The notes under the pieces: generated by a model
What the model saw: the letters and a program-made list of their open reading frames with translations, nothing else
The model's database searches: none
Told to the model about the DNA's origin: nothing
Source of the DNA: Cenococcum geophilum
Lineage: Eukaryota
Direction: 5' to 3'
DNA: 64,000 bases
NCBI GenBank assembly: GCA_050273025.1
Contig: CP158635.1
Span: forward strand, 21,824,001 to 21,888,000
In this document: positions 1 to 11,725 of the stretch, piece by piece
Numbering within the stretch: the first letter of the stretch is position 1
Layout: each line of letters opens with the position of its first letter
Translations under genes and position numbers: made by a program

Positions 1-789
1 AGACGAGGCTGGTCTTTCTGACCACGACCGTCCGATAGCACCATATGGATGCTTGGAACTAGGCTGTGAGAGTCGATTTCTAGGCAAAAGTAGTGCGTCT
101 TCACCGTCCTCGGATATGTCTACATCTTCCACTGCCACGGCAGCTCTACCAAGATCCCCCCGTCTCCTTCCCAAAGAGTTATACGCATAGTTATTGAGGT
201 CTGGGTGCTGCGACGGTGGTATGAAAGGACTTTGACGACCCCGGTAGGTTTCGGGGCCAATGGTTTCTGGAGAGACGGGTTCGGAAACTTCCTCGATAAC
301 GCTTGGGCCAATAGATTCAACGGATAGACTCCCTTCGCTCTGATCTGTATCGTGGGATAAATGAGGTGCGCGGCGCGTAGAGTTTCCATCGGAGTCTGTG
401 AAGCTTCGACCACCGTGGAAGGAATCGGAATCCAGGGCATACGAAGCTAGTTCTTGTGTCTTCTCGCGGACGCCATGTGACGAGTACTGAGGCGTGTCTA
501 CTTGAGAGGTAAGTAAGAATCAAGACGGATCCTTAGGTTTTGGAGCACCAGTACCTGAAGATCCATGGGATGCCTGGTGGAAGAAGGATCTCGCGGGTGT
601 TCTCTGCGTGAATGAGGACGAAAGAATGGAGCCGGAAGTGGAAGATGGAGATCTTGCAGTACCCAGACGGGCTTGTCCTGCTTGGTCTCTGGTGAAATCC
701 CCGTCTTCTACAGTGTGACTGGTGAAGGGAAGCTGCTGCTGGGCCGAAGCTGAGGACTCCCCAGACCGTCTTATGAGGCGTGTAGGCAT
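1..789 (-). CDS. 5' part of a probable SulP-family transporter (Vsb1/YGR125W-like); runs off the window edge. Exon 1 789-555, intron 554-498, exon 2 from 497
   Basis: The spliced frame reads ...PARSFFHQASHGSS/DTPQYSSHGVREKTQELASYAL...VIEEVSEPVSPE across a GTACTG...TAG intron. This resembles, from recall, the N-terminus of the filamentous-fungal sulfate-transporter-family/Vsb1 proteins. The transmembrane core is outside the window. Confidence 0.55.
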
Positions 790-1610
790 CGCAAGAGCTA
801 GAGTTCTTCTTACGCAAACGATGGAACATCCAAGGTCCTTACGACCTCAATGGCAGGCAAAGGGCGAGCTAGTTGAAGGCGGCAGTTCAGCTGGCGCAAT
901 GGCTTAGTCCAGCAATTGACTGCACTCACACCCTAATCAGTTTGTGAACGCATCGAGAGAGCTAAACATGGTTGCGAAGGTTCTTCGAGACCGAATGACG
1001 GCAGGCGTCAGGTAGGGGTAGAAATTTCCCCACTCGGGCTTAAGCAGCGTGAGTCTCTATTCGCCGCCACTGCGGGACGTACAACCCTACTATGATAAAA
1101 TACTGACATGGCTGAAAGGCTATCTGCTGAAAGACGCGTCGCACCCAGTGGCATCAAAGAGCCTCTCCATCACACCACCGGTGCACGCCATTGCTTCAAG
1201 GTCAGAAAGCCGGCGAGACAGGCATCCCGCACGGCAGCTAGGCTATATCGGTCGGCCGTTGTTACAGTAGGCTTAGCGAGCCGCAAGCCGGCGCCTCAAG
1301 TCTCAGCAAATTTATTTTCGCGAGCGTCCGTTCCTAACGCGCCCGCAGGAGCATAATTGCTTTTTTTTACTCTAGCCCAGAAAAAGCCTTGGAAGCCCTG
1401 AATCCACTCCACCGGTGTTCTTCTCCGCACTCTAGGGGAACTAGCGGCGGACGTGCCCACGGCTGCACGGACAGAGTCATGATCCTACATAACCGCCTCC
1501 CTTCCGCTCATGTGATGCGATTAAGGTCAACCAGAGCGATGTCGGGACCGCCCACTCCATGCGCATTGCCTATAATGGTAATCCGACCTCTTCTTCAAGC
1601 ACCCCAGGAA

Positions 1611-1849
1611 TATACGGACGGAGCAAAAAGATATTTCTACTTCCTTTTTGTGACTAGTGGCTACCCCCATAAGGTCGCCAAAGTTATGGGGGCTCTGTCG
1701 CCTGAGTAACAAGATTTTATGCCCCTAGACCCGCCAAAGGCCCCCCAAAGAGGCCCAAAACCTCAGCAACCTTATGGGCACCTTATGGGGAGAAAACCAC
1801 TAGTCCCAAAAAGGAGGGGGAAATCTCCTTTTGCTCCGTCCCCCGTATA
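1611..1849. mobile_element. MITE-like foldback element (~240 bp) with ~70-bp imperfect TIRs
   Basis: The left arm TATACGGACGGAGCAAAAAGATATTTCTACTTCCTTTTTGTGACTAGTGG...CCCCATAAGGT matches the reverse complement of the right arm ACCTTATGGGG...CCACTAGTCCCAAAAAGGAGGGGGAAATCTCCTTTTGCTCCGTCCCCCGTATA. TA lies at both ends. Confidence 0.75.
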
Positions 1850-1889
1850 GAGAATATAGTCTCCGAGGCCTTTTCCACTTATAGGCTAA

Positions 1890-2641
1890 TCAGCTGAGTC
1901 GCTGAAGATAGCCTTGTGCAATGAGGCGTTCAACATCGCCTTGCCGAACATAGAATTGGCTGTTCTTGGTCAAAGTGATAGCTCTGAATGCTAGTTAGCC
2001 CCAGCCATTGCCGGTTATCATTTAAACTACGCACCCATATTCCGTTTGGATCTCCCCTGCATCTTTGAGTACTCGCACATCAATGAAAAGATCCCTCGGA
2101 GGCTCTAAACTCCCAGTGAGGTCAATGTCTGTCCATTGACCTTTGTATGCTGCTAGTAGATCACTGTATTGTCTCACGTATTCTTCCTCCTCGGGGCTTA
2201 GGCTGCTCGTGTTGCCTACTTCTGCGCCAAGAGAGGTGCCACCTTCTCCTCCATTTTTCCCAGACTGTTGCTGCTGCTGTCTCTCAAGCACGTCAATTCC
2301 ACTCCAGCACATTTCCTCGAGCTTGTCGGACCTGACACGGTGGTAGGCCAATAGACATCGCTTGTTCCGTCTCATGCAAAGGTGATTGACTAGGAGTGCA
2401 CATGCCGTCGCAGGCTCTGCAGAGGGGTTGAATGACCCAGCGAACGGCTCCAGTATGGCGGAAACGTCCTTGTCCAGATCGCGAACCTCTCGCGTTACAG
2501 CACGGACAATCTCTGCTTGATATGGCGGAAGGTGGGCGAGAGATTGCGTGCGCTTCGCATGCTGAACCTGAGCAATATTAGATCATTCTAGAGGTAGATG
2601 GCGAGACCATTTACCAGCTTATTTCCCAATTCCCCATACAT
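1890..2641 (-). CDS. PSF1: DNA replication GINS complex subunit Psf1; exons 2641-2615, 2567-2035, 1983-1890
   Basis: Spliced protein MYGELGNKL/VQHAKRTQSLAHLPPY...MRRNKRCLLAYHRVR...DLTGSLEPPRDLFIDVRVLKDAGEIQTEYG/AITLTKNSQFYVRQGDVERLIAQGYLQRLS*. Both introns are GT-AG. Confidence 0.97.
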
Positions 2642-3456
2642 GGCCGGGGAGTTGAGGGCCGCGAGGTTTTTGGCGCTCGGACTAATAAACAATATACCCT
2701 GAGTATGGCGTCAGTAGCCGATGAAGTCGAGATCTATCAATCTGAAGCACTCGAAGCGAGATTCAGATCGAACAGCTGAAATCTCCAATGTTCCAATTCC
2801 TGACAGGGGGGAGGCTTTCTCTCCCAATGTCGTGCCGCGTCGGAAGAAGTCCGGGATTGTTGAACCCGGAATTAGAGATCCTTGGCAGCTTGGAAGCCGA
2901 GTCAGAATCCTCGACAACCTCTTTCACATCAGCAACCCAATAATTCTGTCAGACCTGCTTTGCGAAAATGGTGGACACTGGCTATAAACCTGATAATTTT
3001 AGACCCCACAACCACACATGCTAGCCTCTCCACACCTGCCAAACGACTAGCCGTGGAACAATGCCGTTGTACCCCTAAACGAAATGGTAGCGAAGAGCCA
3101 CATCAGAAATATTCATAATCTCAACTTCCCTCCAATCAATCCTTCTAACCTCAGAGAAATTGAATTCTTAAGCAGTCGTATCAAAGGTGAGGACAGGTTA
3201 ATTTCTCAAATTAGACAAAATGCAAAAACAGCGTGCATTTCCCATCTATAAAATCCTCGAACTCCAACCTCAACTCTAGGAATAGAAAAGTTACAAAAAT
3301 CATGGAACTCATGTGTATGACACAGAATTTTTGTACCATTAAAAGGATAAGAGGTACATTTCATACTCAAATTATACATTTCTCCTCTCCTCTCTCCGGT
3401 TGAACGCCATGTCCCAAATACCACCGTTTTAACGAGAACGTAAACCAATGTATTTG

Positions 3457-5241
3457 CTAACTGGCAGGGTGATCATCCATCCACTTATCGAACTCGGATC
3501 CAGGCTCCATCGGTACGACCGTTGTGTCGACTTGCCAAGCCTCAGGACGATATTCCTCATGAGCAGCACCGCTTCCGAGAAAGCTGTGCACACTCTCCTG
3601 ATCAAGTTCTCGTTTCATCATTCCCATGTGACCATTTCCAAATTCAGTGCGGTGTTCCATACCTATTATTACGTCACTAGTCTGGCTAGGCTGTCCTCCA
3701 AACTGATCGTCAAAGGCCAACAACATCGGATCGACCTGGAATTCATGCGGTATTGGGGTGCCCATATGTGTATGCATCTGAAGCAATTCGGGATGGCGAA
3801 CGCCTGGCAGCCCTAGGAGTGAGTGGCCTTGAGGAAATTGCATAACTATGCCCGGAGTGTCCATTCTCCGCATCCTTACATCCTCCATTCCCGGTACTGA
3901 CATGTTTGGTTGTATGGTCATCTGGTAATATTGGTTGTACAAGTCTACTTGACCCATTGGAATAGGAAGAGGCTTTCCTTCGTTGCTCGCTTCCCAGGTT
4001 GACTTGTTCATGCCGTTATTTGGTCCGAAATACTGACCGTCAAACCCCGTTGTCATGCTGTTATTTGATGGATAGCCTGCCCCTTTGCCCTGCCGTCTAG
4101 TGGATTTTCCCCTCGACCTTCGTTGGCCTGGTGGCCCCCACTCTGCATCAGGATCATCCAGTTCACTCATTTCATCTTCCTCTTCCGAATATTCACCCTT
4201 TCGTTTTCGGGTTGCACTCAATGCCTTACTTGGGGAGAACTTGTAGGTAGGGTGCGCATTTTGGTGATTTATCCTTTCGATTTTCGCATAGTCATTGTAT
4301 AGTTCGCGTACCTCGGGCGGTTCCATCGGCCAGCTTTCTCCAGACACAGATGACACAACTTGGTGGTTGTTCTGTAAGCACCACTGTTTGGTCCTATCGG
4401 CATATGCGGAGCGGTAGAGCATAAAGGAATTCATAGGCCTCGTCACATATCCGTTTCGTTTCTCCACTTCTGTTCGTCTCACCTCTGGTGGTCTATTGAC
4501 CCACTCCTCCATGTTTCGAACCGGAATATTGGCAAAATTTTTCGTCAAGACGCTCAAAGGGGCCGTAAGTTTCGGAGTTTTTGGTTTGTCCGCCTTATTG
4601 GCCTTCGCCTTTTTTGTTTTGGTGGTTTTCACCACTCGGGCTTTACTGGTCTGAGGCGAACCGGACCGCGCAATCGATCTCCCACTTCTGGTTCGTCGGC
4701 CGATTTCGCTATTGTCGGTAGCCGACATTGGAGTGGGTGGCGAACCTGATAGTGTGCCTCGGTGTGCATACTAGCAGTTTTGCCAGTTAGTCCTTATCAC
4801 CCAAAATCTCGATCTAATGTCCTGGATAATCCACTTACCGGTAATCCAATATCATGACTATCATGTTGGAAATAATTTGGAGGCGCTCCATACCCATCCT
4901 ACGCAATTCATTAGTACCCTTCTGCCATAGTTTCTTCATCCAGGCCTTACATATTGAATTCCTAGGCCAAATTCGCCACCGTGAGGGTCTGGATAAGGCC
5001 CTGGTTCGAACTGCTGGGTTTGAAAATGTTCACCAGATTGCTGTGACCCTACTTCCTGCATCATTGGGCAAGGCGACCCATAGGCTGAGCCTTGCCTGCT
5101 AAGGTATTGTGCTTCTCGGTAGTCATGGTGGTAATGGTGGCCTGTGTTGTGGTTGACGAGATGATGGAGGCCATACTGAAGCTCAATGTTGCTACTGGGC
5201 GGCATGGGTGGGTGTTGCTGCACCATGGTGACAGCTTTCAT
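3457..5241 (-). CDS. MATA-class HMG-box transcription factor (not MAT1-2-1); exons 5241-4951, 4898-4839, 4770-3457
   Basis: HMG box RPMNSFMLYRSAYADRTKQWCLQNNHQVVSSVSGESWPMEPPEVRELYNDYAKIERINHQNAHPTYKFSP. Two in-frame GTAAG...CTAAY...TAG introns join the 101-aa and 423-aa ORFs. Confidence 0.9.
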
Positions 5242-7872
5242 AACAGCAAATCCTCAAGGTTCAGTACAAGGCACCCAACTCTTCTTAACGTCCTCTGGCA
5301 GGCGATTTGAAAGCGAAATATGTTCTCGTAATTGTTTTTTAAGATGATGTTGATGCTCATAAGATGGATCTAGGATTTTGTGGAGGGTGGTCGATAACCG
5401 TACGCTGTCTACGGAGACTACTTCGTCAACTCCGATTGCGGTCTTGGATTTCCTAAGACGCTTCACGGTTGGATTTCGATAATCCTATTCCTTCAAGGCT
5501 GTGCTGCTCTTGATCAAATGACGTCGTCTCACCGAGAGGCCGTGCTCTGCCGTGAGCGTACAAAAGGTTTCCTTCTATCAGGCTTCTGGAAAGACTTTGT
5601 GGGTCAAGCTGGCTTCTAAATTACCAGGAATTCATCTGAACTAGTGTGTCAGCGGTAAGGCGAATTCGCAATGTCGCAGAGAAGGGGTTTGCCTTCCACG
5701 CTTTGATGCAGTAGGTCAGAAAGAGCTTGGGAACCAACCTGTTGCAGATACCCGTTTCTCGCTACAGCGCTTCTTTGACCGTTCAAGCAATCAGCCTGGG
5801 AGTTTTGACTGAGCAAGGTCCCGGCTACCAGAACGTGGTGTTTCTGTATTGTTGTGGTCTCGGGGGAGTTTCTTTGTCGAAGCAGTCGGTCGGACAAATG
5901 TGAGGAGGCAAATTGCCTGGCAGTAATTCTTTGTTTAATCCGATGGAGTACCCAGACAGGTATTTGCACCGATTTAAGGGCCTCGAGGTCGACTGCTTAC
6001 GTAGAGCGCGGGCTATCTGGATGCTGAAGACGGACAAGTGCACCGGATCCGTGATATACTTAAGGGTTACCACATTTGGCTGCCAGCGGCTGCTTTTGGA
6101 CGAGGCGCTTTCTGAACGACAACAGATGAGCGCAAAACGAAGAACAAATACTCCTAGCGATGAGATTTTGCTTGCTCTAGTATACCAGATATTGTTGAAG
6201 CTCGATGGGGCTAAATGCGGCCATATGATCTATCTATTCTGGGGTATTAGCCTACCACCTCACGACCCGCCAGTGGATCTGGCCCTGCCTAAGTTGACTA
6301 TCACGAAATTTTCTTACCACCGTCAGCGCACCACCTATGGACTTCAAAAATATGCATGAGATTCGATTTTCAGTTCCACCAGTTCGTCGCTCAATGAGCT
6401 GCAGATGTCATGCGACTCGAGTGCCCGTAGGCGCCAGTCGCAGGGTTCCCTTCAACCAGCGGCCGTTAAGTGTGGGCCTGAGAGAGCGGACTACTGTGAC
6501 ACAAGCACACAACGCTCACATTCCGCTCGCCAATACCCGTCTCCAGCACCCACACTTCATAACCCAGCAGGGGCAGACGAGAACACCATGGTTTCATGCT
6601 AGAAACAATTCAAGTGGAACAGAAATTTCCTGCTGGTTACCATGGATGTTGGCGGCTCAGCGTGGCTGGTGCGAATCTTACAGCGGGTAGCCGCATTGCG
6701 AGCAGGTCAGCACTTTACAACTGACAAGGGTTTATCGCCGGAACCATCTCTTTGCGTAGTTTGAATGGCAAATCACTAACAACAACTCACTGTCTCACGG
6801 GAACGTGCAAGGATCGCCAACACATCTAAATCTAGGTCGCTGAATTTACAGGTCCCACGGAGAGACCATATCCAAGACTGGCGGAGTGTCACGATGGGAG
6901 ACTAGTTAATTCATGTCTCTGATGACTGGAGGAGGATTAAGATCTAAGCTCCACGCTCGACCATAAACCTCCTTTTCTCGCATCTCGTTTGCATGTGCTC
7001 ACGTTGAAAATCTCATGTGCACTGGACACCTCCATCGTATAGGCATCTTCAGAGTAGCCGCCAATCAAATTATGATAGGTGAAATAGACACCATGGCCAC
7101 TGTCTGGCATGCCTGTCGCAACCAGCTTAGGGATCGGTTGCGTCCTGCCGATCATTCCGGGGGGGCCTGCGGCGGAATGCGCACTATCTACAGCCAACCG
7201 TTTGACTTGTGTAACCACCCGCCTTCAGCAGCACCTATTGCTGGAGAGTTAGTTAGTATGACCAAACGATATCAGGAATAGCTTGCGCCTCAGTTGCGTT
7301 TATGGAAATGCAGGCCGTAGTGCCATCTGAATCAGGGGTTTCCATTGGATATGGCTTGGTGGATTTGACGTAATTGCTTCCAGTGGGCTGCAAAGCTTAT
7401 CAGAGCTGCTCTTTGAAGCTTTCGACCTGTAGACCACTAAGGAGCTCAAAGGCTTGTCGTTGGAGCGACTATCCAATTAAGGCGTTGTTAGACGACAACG
7501 CTATTAAGCAAGAAACTTTTACCTTTAGCTCAACCCAGGGATGCATATAACCAATGAAACTATAATCGCCCACCAGATAAGGATTTTTGTAAACTTGCAG
7601 GTATTGATTTTGATTGATCGTATTGATTATAGTGATGACAGATATGTTGGCAACTCGACAACTCTTTGCCAGTGCAGAAGATCAACAGAGCACCTGCGCC
7701 AAGAATGGCAAGATGGTTCGGCACTCGGTACTGTTACCGTCATGCTGATGATGAGTTGGACACAAATTGGCATTTAATGCCACGATACGATCTGGCCCAA
7801 ATCAGCTCTGAGTTCCGAGGTCGACAGTTCTGGAGGCTTTCCTTACTCTCCTCTATAATGGTATCGCTATTA

Positions 7873-8205
7873 TCCCTTAACCCGCCAACGTCCACAAATC
7901 AAGTGGTCAGTGCGGAACACTAGGATCAGAACAACGCGTATGGGCTGTATAGATTTGGATCAATACAAACTATTAACTATACCTTCCAATTGTACTTCCA
8001 ATGATGTAGACCTTGTTCAGCCGACTTAATATAACGTTTAACCAAATCGTGTCTCAAAAAAGCCTCCCCCGGGGTCTTGGCTATTGCCCGATTTTGAACC
8101 TCTCGACATCAGCTGTATATTCCTAGGCACGGCGATTTTAATGCATTGATTTAATTGGTAAATCCTTATCGGTAACGCGTGGACGAATTTTGGCGGGTTA
8201 AGGGA
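7873..8205. mobile_element. MITE family A, copy 1 (333 bp, TA-flanked)
   Basis: TA-TCCCTTAACCCGCCAA...GTCCAC and GTGGAC...TTGGCGGGTTAAGGGA-TA. The interior is homologous, in inverted orientation, to 41219-41551. Confidence 0.8.
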
Positions 8206-8739
8206 TAGTGCTGCTTCTTCTTATAAAAGGCCTAAGTAGAGGCGCGCGTTAGCTATAAGTATACTACTCTATAAAGTACCTACCTACCTTAAACTCCTTC
8301 TGCTTTAGCTTATAATTTAAAGATATATTTTTAGGCCTTTCGGCACGCATAAGGGTGAGAATGCTCTACGTATTAGCGCGTAGTTTAGCATTATTCGCAA
8401 CATTAATCTCTATGCGACTAATTAACGCCATTTTTAAAATAGGACATTGCTAGAGATGCGGCGCCCTAGGGGGGGTTTCCATTTTTTTATATACACGCAG
8501 ACATAGACTAAGGAGGAGAGGTAAAGAAAGTATGCCTACCTACTAGCCGCTTAGCGAGCGGATAGGTAACCTTGCCGTATAGGGTAAATACATGGGCGCA
8601 CGGCTGGCCCAATGGGCCAATAGTACGCGCGCATCAGCGGCTCGATCAGCGGGGGGTATCCAAATATGTCCACGGCTTGGCCGCAGGCTTGGCCGTGGAC
8701 GGCGTCACGTGCGGCTCAGCGACTCAGCCGAGCCATGAA

Positions 8740-9861
8740 TTATCTCATAAATCAGACCCCCGGGGAGAAATTGCGCCACGGTTACCTGCGCCAATCAGAC
8801 AAGCGCACTAACTCCTGCCAAGTCCTGCTAACTCCTAGACCAATCAGATCACACCGAGAGGAATTTCTCCCCGAGGGTCTGAGAGCAAATGGGCGCCCTT
8901 TGTATACAAACTCAAAGTTTCTTGTTAGGCGATAGCTCATCTATTACAACGCTGTATCTCAACCCTTTTATAACGTCTAATTATTATAAAAATACTACGA
9001 GGTAGGAGCTCTTTAGATTCTCTATTTATTGTATTAAATAACGATATTATATAGGGTGTTAGATAGGGGCAGTCGGTCGCGTTTTCTCGTCAGTCGCGTT
9101 TTCTCGTCGGTCGCATTTTTCATCGCAATCTTGCCTTACTGCTATACCTTATATGCTTCTCTACATCTAATTATCCCTAAAATACTACGAGGTAAAAGCC
9201 CTTTATCTTCTTTATTACCTCTATATTATAGCAATATCATAGCTCTATTTTACGAGAAGTTAGACATAGGTAGTTAGTCGTTTTAGTGTATTTTATTATA
9301 ATCTTGCCTTACTGCCAAAACTTACGTACTTCTCTACGTCTAATTATCTCTAAAATACTATAAGGTAAAAGCTCTTTATCTTCTCTATCGCCTCTACGTT
9401 GTGGCGATATCGTGGCTCTATTCTATAAGAAGTTGGACGTAGGTAGTCGATCGATTTTAGTTCAAAATCTACGAAGATGCATTTGAGAATCCTAACTTAC
9501 GTTCTACGACGATGTATCTCGCCCCTTAATATTCTAGATATAGGGCTATAGTATATATTTATAAAGATATAATTACCTAAAGAATCCATTACATTAAATA
9601 TATATAATATAACTATCGTGGTTAAGACATAGCTCGTAGAAATACACAAAATTCGATTTCTAAAACATTCAATTACCACCAAAGCGACGCCCATAAGCTC
9701 TCAGACGCTCCGCAGAAGATTTGTGGGTGACAGGGGGTGTGCAGGGGGCTGAAGTTAGTGCACCGTTCTAATTGGCTCAGGAGTCCGCAGGAGTTTTTCA
9801 GAGTCCGTGCATCACCCCGTGTCGCCCGAATCTTCTGCGGAGCGTCGGATTTATGAGATAA
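8740..9861. mobile_element. Non-autonomous TIR DNA transposon (1122 bp) with 8-bp TSD, hAT-like
   Basis: TIRs TTATCTCATAAATC / GATTTATGAGATAA. TSD GCCATGAA at 8732-8739 and 9862-9869. The interior holds RIP-diverged repeats and an internal inverted repeat (9704-9846). Confidence 0.85.
8975..9455. repeat. Three ~170-190-bp tandem units inside the TIR element, differing largely by transitions (RIP)
   Basis: TCTAATTAT...AAAATACTA(C/T)(G/A)AGGTA...(G/C)CTCTTTA recurs at ~8975, ~9165 and ~9340. Confidence 0.75.
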
Positions 9862-9911
9862 GCCATGAACACCAACTTCTACCTATAACCCCTCAAGTCG
9901 AGCCTCCCGGT

Positions 9912-10908
9912 ATGGCATCTAATCCACAATCTATTCCTCTTTGTACGAACTGGGTGTTTTCGAATACTTCCAATGTCCAGTGAGTATCGCTTTCCTCATC
10001 TTGACGCACTCGTTACCTCAAAGCCAAAACCCGCTAACTGTTACAGCATCGCTAAGGATAGAGCATGGTTCAGAGACTACACGCCGTACGAATCCGTTGT
10101 CGGCGACCTCTACGGAATGGTCAAGGAGAGTCTCGGTGTTGAAGGTATAGGTACCGTCGAGCTACCAACTAAGCGATCACCAAATCGCTCCGGACGAGAC
10201 TCCCACGGCATTCTATGCCTCACGAACGTGCTCCATGTGCCTTCCGCTCTCTGCAATATCATTGGCGGCCCAATCCTAGAAGACCACAAGGTAACCGCCG
10301 GTCCCGCTGGGAAAGCTTCCCTAGGCTCGATCAAGGATCGGAAAGGCCGTTCGGTCGCGTACTTCGATAGCCGCCGCCCTCTGCTACAAGTCAAGCTTCG
10401 CGGTCATCCAATTGGATCGAACGTCCTAAAGGATGGGCAGGATTACGTGATCAATGCCATTTGGCCTGATTCTGAGAGGCAGAAGTGGGAAGCTCATCAA
10501 GGCCGTACCGCCCATCATCCCGGGCCTATCTATACAGAAAAGGAGAAAGGATGGCTAAAGGAGAACTACCGTAGCGAGTTCCAGTTCCTTCGGGACTTTG
10601 GTTTGAGCATTTACAAGGACGAGGATCGTGAAGAGGGCCGCGCGATTCTGCGTTCCTTAATGCGAAGTGAAGAGGAAGAGGAACTCGAGGACGAGGACGA
10701 GGACGAGGACGAGGATGAGGACGAAGATATCGAATCCAGCCTTGAAGGACATATGGCCGACTACCACTTCACGGACGCTGAACTGGAATACATTGAGAAA
10801 GGGTATGGTAACTCTATGAACTTCCTGTATAGCTATGGACTAAAGTTCTATGATGACGATGATTGCGAGGAGGGCCGATTAATTCTAAAAGGTCTAATGT
10901 CCCCTTGA
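9912..10908 (+). CDS. Hypothetical protein: Ty1/Copia protease-like beta-barrel N-terminus, acidic tract and duplicated C-terminal helical module; exons 9912-9979, 10047-10908
   Basis: The GTGAGT...GCTAAC...CAG intron gives MASNPQSIPLCTNWVFSNTSNVH/IAKDRAWFRDY...VEGIGTVEL...LTNVLHVPSALCNIIG, the Copia PR pattern WxxDSGAxxH...F..Y...G.G.V.L...L.NVL.VP....N.I. Confidence 0.75.
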
Positions 10909-11725
10909 GACAGACGGGATGGGAGATAGGCATGTTACGGGTTGAACCTAGTTTTCTATGTACTCAGCAGACAGTAAGGTGCTTTGTATGGTATTGAATG
11001 CCTCACCTAGCTCCAATCAACGCTCGCGCTGGTATTCGGCTTGCTGCTAAGCTACTAAATCAGCTATACAAATTTTCCCGTGGATATCACTATTGATATT
11101 TAACTAGAAAAGGCGGCTTCGGCTATTACACCAACATCCAGTTTAAGTCATGTGATATCATGTAAAGTCTGATGCAAAAGAACTATGTAGACTTGTATTG
11201 TAGCGTTTAACATTCTAGTAAACTACGTGTAGGTACGCTGCCTCTGAGTTTAGCGCACCACTGTAGTTAGCGTGTTTGACCACTCCCGGGGCCACATCAT
11301 CGAATTCCCGACTGCATTCCTCTCATTTTCATCTCGCTCATGCTCTGGAGACCATCCAGTGACAACCATCCTCTATTCAGGTCATACATCGAGGCCTAGA
11401 AGGGCGGCAGTGCCTCTGATTTCAGCCTTCCAACCCTCAGGAGGCCGAAGACTAGGGGGCGTTCTTGGCGGGCGTTACTGGCTCGCTTTGAGCGCACATA
11501 CAGATGTGGCTGAACAGGAGAGCCTAGGCGGCGGTTGCAGTGCGTGGTAGGTCGACTTTTCCTTGATGAAAGGGCCTATGCTCGAACTTTCTTTCAGTTG
11601 TGCATGTCGCTTGTGATTTCATAGTATCTCTCTCCGAAAAGAAACTGGACGATCACACTTCCATTTTCATATCGGTACTTTGCCCTAATTGGGGTACTGT
11701 ATTCCAAAGCACATTAATCAAAGCC

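Noticed and set aside
3457..5241. HMG-box gene as mating-type MAT1-2-1
   Set aside because: There is no intron within the HMG box, the box sequence differs from the MAT1-2-1 PRPPNAFILYR type, and no APN2/SLA2 neighbours are in the window.
5250..7800. Short ORFs upstream of the HMG-box gene
   Set aside because: They have no recognisable motifs or consistent splice structure; this is more likely a long regulatory/UTR region.
9973..10046. ORF-track start MSSEYRFPH...
   Set aside because: It reads through an intron (GTGAGT...GCTAAC...CAG). The spliced start at 9912 gives the family-like N-terminus.
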